Source: Pseudomonadota bacterium (lineage in GTDB: Bacteria; Pseudomonadota; Gammaproteobacteria; Burkholderiales; Usitatibacteraceae). From it: a DNA stretch of 64,000 nucleotides. The notes below the pieces were generated by a model. The model worked only from the letters and a program-made list of their open reading frames with translations, made no database searches and was not told the origin of the DNA. The position numbers and the translations under genes are program-made. Below are positions 57,416 through 64,000 of this stretch, one piece after another (position 1 is the first letter of the stretch; each line of letters opens with the position of its first letter). The stretch spans positions 7,042 to 71,041 of the forward strand of contig JAKOWJ010000280.1 in assembly GCA_029781595.1 (NCBI GenBank). Reading direction: 5' to 3'.

Positions 57416-58033
57416 ATGCGTGCAATCCAGGGGTGGGCGGGGCTCATGGCGGTAGTCTACGCAACGCTTGCGCAGGGCGCTGCGCCCGCGCCGGCCAAGC
57501 CCGATCTCGAGCGCGGCAAGCAGATCGCCGCGACGGTCTGCGTCGCGTGCCACGGGGCGGACGGCAACAGCGTCGTGCCGGCGAACCCCATCCTGGCCGG
57601 GCAGCACGCCGACTATCTGGCCGCCCAGCTCGCGGCCTTCAAGTCGGGCGCCCGCCCCAGCCCCATCATGGCGGGAATGACGGCGGCCCTCACCCCCGAG
57701 GACATGCGCAGCGTCGCCGCCTGGTTCTCGAAACAGGTGACGAAGCCGTCCGCCGCCAAGGACAAGGCGCTGGCGTTGCGCGGCCAGCAGATCTGGCGCG
57801 GCGGCATTCCGCAGGGCAACGTTCCGGCCTGCGCGGGGTGCCACGGCGCCGCCGGCGCGGGAATCCCCTCGCAATACCCGCGGCTCGCGGGCCAGTACGC
57901 CGACCTCACGCTGGGCTGGCTGAAGGCCTTCGCGGGTGGCGGCCGTCCCCACCCGGTCATGTCTCCCATCGCCTCCCGCCTGTCGGAGGCCGACATGAAG
58001 GCGGTGGCGGAGTACGCCGCCGGCCTGCGCTAG
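57416..58033 (+). CDS. Dihaem cytochrome c4
   Basis: Start ATG 57416 with a signal peptide. Two CXXCH motifs (CVACH, CAGCH), about 205 aa. Divergent from engB. Confidence 0.85.
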   Translation: MRAIQGWAGLMAVVYATLAQGAAPAPAKPDLERGKQIAATVCVACHGADGNSVVPANPILAGQHADYLAAQLAAFKSGARPSPIMAGMTAALTPEDMRSVAAWFSKQVTKPSAAKDKALALRGQQIWRGGIPQGNVPACAGCHGAAGAGIPSQYPRLAGQYADLTLGWLKAFAGGGRPHPVMSPIASRLSEADMKAVAEYAAGLR

Positions 58034-59163
58034 TCCGGCCCGGCGTCCGCGGCCGGACCGGCCGCCTCCGTGTAGCGATTGCGCCCCGCGCGCTTGGAGC
58101 GGTAGAGGGCCTCGTCCGCCTCCCGAACGAGCGATTCCGCGTCGGGCGACGGGCCGGGAAGGAAGGCGCCGCCGATGCTCGCGCTCACCCCGACGCTCTG
58201 CGCGCCCAGGTCGCAGGGCGCGGCCAGGGTCTCCAGGAGCTTGCCCGCCACCGCGCGCGCGCCCTCGCGGTCCGTGTCCGGCAGCAGGACGAGGAACTCG
58301 TCGCCTCCCAGGCGCCCGACCGTGTCCGATTCGCGCACGCAGGCGCGCGCGCGCTTCGCCACGGCCACGAGCAGCGCATCGCCCGCGGCGTGGCCCAGCG
58401 TGTCGTTCACGCCCTTGAATCCGTCCAGGTCGAAGAGGAGCACCGCCAGGGGCGAGGCGTTGCGCCGCGACTGGGCGACCAGGCGCGCGAGGCGGTCGTC
58501 GAGCAGGCCGCGGTTCGCGAGTCCCGTGAGGATGTCGAAGTGGGCGAGCTGCTCGATGCGCGCCGCGTCGCGCCGCGCCCGCACGAGCGACTGGCGAAGG
58601 GCGACGGCGATGCCGATGAGCACGGTGATCGTCCCCGCCACCAGCGCAAGGACGCGCACCTCGCGTCCGGCCCAGAGCTGGATGCGCTCGGAGGTGCGGC
58701 GGTTGACCTCGGCGGAGGCCCGCGCCGAGGCGGCCCGCACCGCCCGGAAGGCGGCCGTCTCGGCCTCCTCCAGCGGCAGCGCCCGGGCACCCGCCGCGGC
58801 CTGGCCCGCCGCGAGCGTCGCCTGCGAGACGTAGTCGCGCACCACGGGCTCCATCGCCGCCAGTGCGGGCGCCACGTCGCCGCGCTCGGCGGCCTTCGCC
58901 CGCAGGTAGTCGAGTTCGGCCTCCAGCTCGATGCGCGCGGCGACGAAGTCGGGCTCCGAGCCGCCGCGCAGCGCGTAGCGCAGGCGGTGCAGGCCGTCGC
59001 CCAGCGACGCGAGCCCGTCCTTCACCGCCTGGATCGCCTGCACCTCCCGCGAGAGCTCCGTCTCGCGGGACATGTCCTGGTAGAGCAGGGCCGCGAGCAC
59101 CGTGATGGTGACCGCGGCGAGCCCGAGTCCCGCGCCGGCGATCCGGCCTGCGAGGGGCGGCAC
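58030..59163 (-). CDS. Membrane-anchored diguanylate cyclase (periplasmic helical sensor region + GGDEF)
   Basis: 377 aa with two TM segments flanking a helical region of about 150 aa. Active-site GGDEF (RLGGDEFLVLL) with an RxxD I-site (RESD) five residues upstream. Confidence 0.85.
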   Translation of the reverse strand: MPPLAGRIAGAGLGLAAVTITVLAALLYQDMSRETELSREVQAIQAVKDGLASLGDGLHRLRYALRGGSEPDFVAARIELEAELDYLRAKAAERGDVAPALAAMEPVVRDYVSQATLAAGQAAAGARALPLEEAETAAFRAVRAASARASAEVNRRTSERIQLWAGREVRVLALVAGTITVLIGIAVALRQSLVRARRDAARIEQLAHFDILTGLANRGLLDDRLARLVAQSRRNASPLAVLLFDLDGFKGVNDTLGHAAGDALLVAVAKRARACVRESDTVGRLGGDEFLVLLPDTDREGARAVAGKLLETLAAPCDLGAQSVGVSASIGGAFLPGPSPDAESLVREADEALYRSKRAGRNRYTEAAGPAADAGPD

Positions 59164-59170
59164 CGGCGGG

Positions 59171-60460
59171 CTAGGCCGCGCGCGCCTCGGCGAACGCCTC
59201 GCGCGCCGCCGCGAAGGTCGCCTCGAGTTCGGCCGCGCCGTGCGCTGCCGACACGAAGCCGGCCTCGTAGGCCGAGGGTGCCAGGTAGACGCCGCGCCGC
59301 AGCATCGCGTGGAAGAAGCGGTTGAAGGCCTCCTTGTCGCAGGCCATCACCTCGGAGAAGGAGGCGGGCGGCGCCGCACGGAAGAACAGGCCGAACATGC
59401 CGCCCAGGCTCGTGGCGCTGAACGGGACCCCGGCCTTCCCGGCTTCCTTCGCGAGGCCCGCCACCAGCGCCGCGGTGGTCGCCGACAGCGCGTCGAAGAA
59501 CCCGGGGGCGAGCACGCGCCGCAGCGTCGCCAGGCCCGCGGTCACGGCGACCGGGTTGCCGGAAAGCGTTCCCGCCTGGTACACCGGCCCCACGGGCGCG
59601 AGGCAGGCCATGATGTCGTGCCTCCCGCCGAACGCGCCGACCGGCATGCCCCCGCCGATCACCTTGCCCAGCGTGGTGAGGTCCGGGCTCACGCCGAAGA
59701 CGCCCTGCGCACCGGCCGGGCCCACGCGAAAGCCCGTCATCACCTCGTCGAAGATGAGCACCGCGCCGTCCCGCGTGCACAGGCGGCGCAGCGTCTCGAC
59801 GAAGGCCTGCGAGGGACGCACGAAATTCATGTTGCCCGCCACCGGCTCGAGCACCACCGCGGCGATCTCCCGGCCGTAGCGCGCGAAGGCGTCCTCGACC
59901 TGCTGCGGGTCGTTGTAGTCGAGCACGAGCGTGCGCGACGTGAGCTCGGCGGGCACGCCGGCCGACGTGGGGTTGCCGAACGTGAGCGCGCCCGAGCCCG
60001 CCTTCACCAGCAGGAAGTCGCTGTGGCCGTGGTAGCAGCCCTCGAACTTCACGATGAGCGAGCGCCCCGTGAAGCCGCGCGCCAGCCGCAGGGCGCTCAT
60101 CACCGCCTCCGTCCCGGAGCTCACCAGTCGCACCTGCTCCACCGAGGGCAGGGCCCGCGTGAGGAGCTCGGCCATCTCCAGCTCCAGCCGCGTGGGCGCG
60201 CCGAAGGACAGGCCGCGCGCGGCCGCGGCGGCCACCTCCGCGAGCACCTCGGGGTGGGCGTGGCCCAGGATCATCGGCCCCCAGGAGCCCACGTAGTCGA
60301 CGTAGCGGTTGCCGTCCTCGTCGACGAGCCAGGCCCCCTGGCCCTCGCGGAAGAAGACCGGCGTGCCGCCGACGGCGCGGAAGGCGCGCACCGGGGAGTT
60401 CACGCCTCCGGGGATGACGCGCTGCGAGGCCTCAAACAGCTGCTGGCTGCGATCGAACAT
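59171..60460 (-). CDS. hemL: Glutamate-1-semialdehyde 2,1-aminomutase
   Basis: Start ATG 60460 ([27 protein letters not shown]); an in-frame ATG at 60472 is an alternative. PLP-Lys context [18 protein letters not shown]. Confidence 0.93.
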   Translation of the reverse strand: MFDRSQQLFEASQRVIPGGVNSPVRAFRAVGGTPVFFREGQGAWLVDEDGNRYVDYVGSWGPMILGHAHPEVLAEVAAAAARGLSFGAPTRLELEMAELLTRALPSVEQVRLVSSGTEAVMSALRLARGFTGRSLIVKFEGCYHGHSDFLLVKAGSGALTFGNPTSAGVPAELTSRTLVLDYNDPQQVEDAFARYGREIAAVVLEPVAGNMNFVRPSQAFVETLRRLCTRDGAVLIFDEVMTGFRVGPAGAQGVFGVSPDLTTLGKVIGGGMPVGAFGGRHDIMACLAPVGPVYQAGTLSGNPVAVTAGLATLRRVLAPGFFDALSATTAALVAGLAKEAGKAGVPFSATSLGGMFGLFFRAAPPASFSEVMACDKEAFNRFFHAMLRRGVYLAPSAYEAGFVSAAHGAAELEATFAAAREAFAEARAA

Positions 60461-61097
60461 GGTGAGCACCATCCGTGTCGAAGGGTCGGGAGAGGGCGCT
60501 CGCCGCGGCGCGCACGTCGGGCGAGTCGAAGAGCGAGGAGATGACGGCGAGCATGTCGGCGCCGGCGGCCACGGCGTCGGCCGCGTTGGCCGGTGTGATT
60601 CCGCCGATCGCCGCCACGGGCAGGCCACCAGCCTGGCGGGCGGCGGCGAGCACCGCGGTGCCGCAGACGGGAGCCCGGGGCTTGGTCGCGGACGCGAAGA
60701 CACTGCCGATGCCGACGTAGTCGGCGCCCGCCCGGGCCGCGGCGGCGGCGCGCGCGGGATCCGCGTAGCAGGAGACGCCGAGGATCGCCTCCGGCAGGCG
60801 CGCTCTCGCCTCGCGCGGGTCCGCGTCGTCCCGGCCGAGGTGCACGCCGTCGGCCCCGAGGCGCGCGGCGAGCGCCACGTCGTCGTTCACGATGAAGGTG
60901 GCCCCGCGCGCGCGGCAGAGCGCGAGCAGGGCACCGGCCTGCGACAGGCGCAAGCCCGCGTCCAGGGTCTTGGCGCGGTACTGGACGAGTCTCGCGCCGC
61001 CCGCGAGGGCCTCGCCCACGAGCGCGAGGAGACGCTCGCCGTCGGCCATCTCCGGCGTGACCGCGTACAGGCCGCGCAGGCGCTCAAGGCGCCTCAT
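60432..61097 (-). CDS. thiE: Thiamine-phosphate synthase
   Basis: 221 aa. Sequence character is typical of ThiE (e.g. [14 protein letters not shown]). Adjacent to and overlapping thiD. Confidence 0.85.
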   Translation of the reverse strand: MRRLERLRGLYAVTPEMADGERLLALVGEALAGGARLVQYRAKTLDAGLRLSQAGALLALCRARGATFIVNDDVALAARLGADGVHLGRDDADPREARARLPEAILGVSCYADPARAAAAARAGADYVGIGSVFASATKPRAPVCGTAVLAAARQAGGLPVAAIGGITPANAADAVAAGADMLAVISSLFDSPDVRAAASALSRPFDTDGAHHVRSQPAAV

Positions 61098-61917
61098 CGT
61101 CCTCCTCGTCGTCCCGCGCCCAGAAGAGGCGGTCGGGAATGTGCTGCCCCATCCCGGGCCGGAAGGCGCGGGAGAGCGCCTGCCAGGTGTAGTCCTGCGC
61201 CTCGTGGACGGCCTGGGCCATGTCGAGGCCCCGGGCGAGGTTCGCGGCGATCGCCGAGGCGAGGGTGCAGCCCGAGCCGTGGTAGCTGCCCGGCAGGCGC
61301 TGCCACGTGTCGGACCGGACGATGCCGTCGCGGTGGTGGAGGGTGTTCACCACCGAGGCGGTGGCGTCGTGCGTGCCCGTGACGAGGACGTACTCGCAGC
61401 CGGCATCGAGAAGGCGCCTCGCGCACTCCGCGTGGTCCGGGTCCTCGTCCTCCTCGACGTCGGCGAGCCGGCGAAGCTCCGGGACGTTCGGGGTGACCAC
61501 CGTGCTCTGCGGCACCAGCAGTTCCCGCAGGGCCGCGACGAGGTCCTCGCCGCCGAACTCGTCACCCCGCCCCGAGGCGAGCACCGGGTCGAGCACGAGC
61601 GGGATGTCCGGGTAGTCGGACACCACCTCCGCCACGACCGTGGCGATCTCCGCCGAGGCGAGGACCCCCACCTTGAACGCGACCACGGGGATGTCCTCGA
61701 GGATGCAGCGGGCCTGGTCCGCGACCCAGTCCGGGTCGAGCGCGAGGAAGGACTCCACGCCCGCGCTGTCCTGCACGGTGACGGCGGTCACGACCGACAG
61801 GGGATGGCAGCCCATGCTGGCGAGCGTGAGGATGTCCGCCTGCAGGCCCGCGCCGGAGGTCGGGTCGGTGGCGGCGAAGGAGAGGACGGCTGGCGGGACG
61901 AATGCGGAGGCGGGCAT
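61084..61917 (-). CDS. thiD: Hydroxymethylpyrimidine/phosphomethylpyrimidine kinase
   Basis: 277 aa with GTDPSGGAG-like motif [14 protein letters not shown] and a [11 protein letters not shown] motif. Confidence 0.88.
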   Translation of the reverse strand: MPASAFVPPAVLSFAATDPTSGAGLQADILTLASMGCHPLSVVTAVTVQDSAGVESFLALDPDWVADQARCILEDIPVVAFKVGVLASAEIATVVAEVVSDYPDIPLVLDPVLASGRGDEFGGEDLVAALRELLVPQSTVVTPNVPELRRLADVEEDEDPDHAECARRLLDAGCEYVLVTGTHDATASVVNTLHHRDGIVRSDTWQRLPGSYHGSGCTLASAIAANLARGLDMAQAVHEAQDYTWQALSRAFRPGMGQHIPDRLFWARDDEEDDEAP

Positions 61918-62055
61918 GGAAGCGGGCGGGAGGCGCGGGTTACACTTCGGGATCGCCGAGGCGGGGGGGCTCGGCCCGCCGTCCCGGCGGCCACCACGAT
62001 CGTGCGGTCTCCCCGTCCGCGCATTCTACCTACAACAGGCGCCCGATCCCCCACC

Positions 62056-62247
62056 ATGTCGACCGCACCCGCCCCCGCCCCCTATCGCACCTGGATGTGC
62101 CTGGTCTGCGGCTTCGTCTACGACGAGGCGGCGGGCCTTCCCGACGACGGCATCGCCCCCGGCACCCGCTGGGAGGACGTGCCGGCCAACTGGAACTGCC
62201 CGGAGTGCGGCGCCCGCAAGGACGATTTCGAGATGGTCGAGATCTGA
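62056..62247 (+). CDS. Rubredoxin
   Basis: Start ATG 62056, 63 aa. [12 protein letters not shown]...[16 protein letters not shown] has two CxxCG knuckles. Confidence 0.9.
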   Translation: MSTAPAPAPYRTWMCLVCGFVYDEAAGLPDDGIAPGTRWEDVPANWNCPECGARKDDFEMVEI

Positions 62248-62464
62248 AGATTACAACTGCAACAATTCGAAATCGCTTCAAGTTGCAGCGCTTGAGTCTT
62301 GTTTTAATTGAACGTATGGCATAGGCTACGACGGCCTAGCGAGCAGCCGCCCCAGAAGCGGCTCCGCCGGGGAGGCCCGGCTCGTCGTATCGTCACGCGT
62401 GCGGCTCGTCCGCGGCGCGGACGCATGGCTTCGGCGCCTTGGAAAAGAGAATTTCGAGGAAGGC

Positions 62465-62866
62465 GTGGCTGAGACCAAGACCCTTGCCGGCGTGCGCGTG
62501 ATGGTGATCGACGACAGCAACACGATCCGTCGAAGCGCCGAGATATTCCTCATGCAGGCCGGCTGCCAGGTGATCCTCGCCGAGAACGGCTTCGACGCCC
62601 TGGCCAAGATCGCCGACCACGCCCCCGACCTCATCTTCGTGGACATCATGATGCCGAGGCTCGACGGCTACCAGACCTGCGCGCTCATCAAGAAGAGCGG
62701 AAAGCACCACGCGACGCCGGTGGTCATGCTCTCGTCCAAGGACAGCCTGTTCGACCGCGCGCGCGGCCGGATGGTGGGGTCCGACGAGTACCTCACGAAG
62801 CCGTTCACGAAGGAGAGCCTGCTGCGGGCGGTGGAGACGCACCTCGCGCACCGCAGCCCGGCCTGA
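62465..62866 (+). CDS. pilG: Twitching-motility CheY-like response regulator PilG
   Basis: Track ORF starts at GTG 62399; I prefer GTG 62465, preceded by GAGGAAGG. VMVIDDSNTIRRSAEIFL...FVDIMMPRLDGYQTCALIK...LSSKDSLFDRARGRMVGSDEYLTKPF closely resembles P. aeruginosa PilG. Confidence 0.85.
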   Translation: MAETKTLAGVRVMVIDDSNTIRRSAEIFLMQAGCQVILAENGFDALAKIADHAPDLIFVDIMMPRLDGYQTCALIKKSGKHHATPVVMLSSKDSLFDRARGRMVGSDEYLTKPFTKESLLRAVETHLAHRSPA

Positions 62867-62900
62867 CGCAACGCGAATTCACGTTACGGAGCACTAGCCA

Positions 62901-63266
62901 ATGCCGATCAAGAAAGTCATGGTGGTGGACGATTCCCCCACGGAGCGCGCCTACCTCGAGAACCTCCTGAAGAAGAAGGGCTTCGACGTCCTGCTGGTCG
63001 ACAGCGGCGAGGCGGCCATCGAGCGCGCCAAGACGGATGCGCCCGATCTCATCCTGATGGACGTGGTGATGCCCGGCCTGAACGGCTTCCAGGCCACGCG
63101 GGCCATCACGCGCGACGAGGCGACCAAGCACATCCCCGTCATCATCTGCACGACGAAGGACCAGGAGACGGACAAGATCTGGGGGCTGCGCCAGGGGGCC
63201 AAGGACTACGTGACCAAGCCCATCAACGAGGCCGACCTGATCGACAAGATCAAGTCCTTCGGCTGA
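62901..63266 (+). CDS. pilH: Twitching-motility CheY-like response regulator PilH
   Basis: 121 aa. LMDVVMPGLNGFQATRAIT...TTKDQETDKIWGLRQGAKDYVTKP closely resembles P. aeruginosa PilH. Confidence 0.85.
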   Translation: MPIKKVMVVDDSPTERAYLENLLKKKGFDVLLVDSGEAAIERAKTDAPDLILMDVVMPGLNGFQATRAITRDEATKHIPVIICTTKDQETDKIWGLRQGAKDYVTKPINEADLIDKIKSFG

Positions 63267-63280
63267 CACGGGCGCACGCC

Positions 63281-63796
63281 GTGGCCCGACGCACGAGCCT
63301 TCGCGAGTTCCAGATCTCGGTAGCCGAGCGGCTGCGCACCGCCTCGACCCGGGCGGCGCTCGCCTCGGCCCTCGGATTCCAGGTCGGGCGCGACAACTGG
63401 TTCGTGGCGCTGCACCAGGTGAGCGAGGTGATCCCGGTGCCGGGCATCGAGGAGGTGCCCCTCACGCAGCCCTGGTTCCGCGGCGTGGCGAACGTGCGCG
63501 GCAAGCTCTACGGCATCGCGGACTTCAGCGCCTTCCAGTCGGGCGAGGCCATCGCGCCGGGCCCCGAGCGCCGGGTGATCCTGCTGGCCGACCGCCTGGT
63601 GGGCGGCGCGGGCCTGCTCGTGAGCCGCATGCTGGGCCTGCGCAATCCCGAGCATTTCACCCCCGCGCCGCGCCCCGAGCAGAGCCCCGCCTGGGTGAGC
63701 GCCGTCCATCGGGACGCCGCCGGCGCCGAATGGCACGAGCTCGACCTCGCACAGCTGGCGAAGGAACGCCGCTTCCTGGAGGTCGGCCGGCACTAG
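63281..63796 (+). CDS. pilI: CheW-like coupling protein PilI
   Basis: 171 aa from a GTG start with a CheW-like core (WFRGVANVRGKLYGIADF). Follows pilH. Confidence 0.75.
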   Translation: MARRTSLREFQISVAERLRTASTRAALASALGFQVGRDNWFVALHQVSEVIPVPGIEEVPLTQPWFRGVANVRGKLYGIADFSAFQSGEAIAPGPERRVILLADRLVGGAGLLVSRMLGLRNPEHFTPAPRPEQSPAWVSAVHRDAAGAEWHELDLAQLAKERRFLEVGRH

Positions 63797-63845
63797 GGCG
63801 ATGCCCGGCGCCGCCGACCGCCCCCCAAGCCGCACGGAGAACACC

Positions 63846-64000
63846 ATGGCAAAAGCTCCCGCCGCAAAACCCAAGTCCTCGTTCGCGGACTTCTTCCGGC
63901 GACTCGGTTCGCCGAAGCCGAAGGCGGCCGCTCGGACCGCCGCGGCCGCGTCCTCGACGATGACCAACCTGCCGGCCGCCGGCGGGCCCGAGACGCGGCC
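63846..64000 (+). CDS. pilJ: Probable start of methyl-accepting chemotaxis protein PilJ (5' fragment, runs off window)
   Basis: ATG 63846 opens a frame (MAKAPAAKPKSSFADFFRRLG...) that stays open to the window end. Called only from its position after pilG-pilH-pilI; no diagnostic domain is visible. Confidence 0.4.
   Translation, partial: MAKAPAAKPKSSFADFFRRLGSPKPKAAARTAAAASSTMTNLPAAGGPETR

Noticed and set aside
61918-62055. TPP riboswitch upstream of thiD-thiE.
   Set aside because: The reverse-complemented spacer lacks the CTGAGA and ACCTGATCTGGATAATGCCAGCG-type conserved elements. Only generic GC-rich hairpins are present.
62317-62331. Sigma-54 promoter upstream of pilG (TGGCATaggctacga).
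   Set aside because: The -24 half matches but there is no GC dinucleotide at the required -12 spacing (GA instead).

Overview
GC-rich proteobacterial chromosome segment around the replication origin. Gene order looks most like Betaproteobacteria, with dnaA-dnaN-gyrB lacking recF. It is almost entirely conserved housekeeping genes. On the minus strand, in coordinate order: the 5' part of glmS, a CHASE2/CRP-like insert (the CRP-like gene reads on plus), glmU, the complete ATP synthase operon (atpC back to atpI), parB-parA, rsmG-mnmG, two parS palindromes, then mnmE-yidC-yidD-rnpA-rpmH. The strand switches at rpmH|dnaA, followed by dnaA-dnaN-gyrB. After that come topA, dprA, a LysM/TsaP-like gene, def-fmt, htpX, rsmB, a DUF4390 + NtrY/NtrX-like two-component module, a seven-gene peptide-type ABC importer operon ending in two amidohydrolases, a small TPR gene, aroK-aroB, pilMNOPQ, mrcA, a small hypothetical, hemB, engB, cytochrome c4, a GGDEF protein, hemL, thiE-thiD, rubredoxin and pilG-pilH-pilI plus the start of a putative pilJ. 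I saw no rRNA, tRNA, CRISPR array, transposase, integrase or phage genes. Many long ORFs in the track are antisense shadow ORFs typical of GC-rich DNA. I did not find a convincing self-contained novel multi-gene system. The items most worth a second look are: (1) the importer operon coupled to an FGase-family enzyme with a 45-aa His-rich tail and an AstE/AspA-family enzyme; (2) an output-less CHASE2 sensor plus CRP-like regulator between glmU and glmS; (3) a promoter-like element plus terminator unit in the atpC-glmU spacer (candidate sRNA or attenuator); (4) twin parS sites; (5) an NtrX-like regulator with a degenerate AAA+ core. All calls come from reading translations and motifs by eye; no database search was possible.
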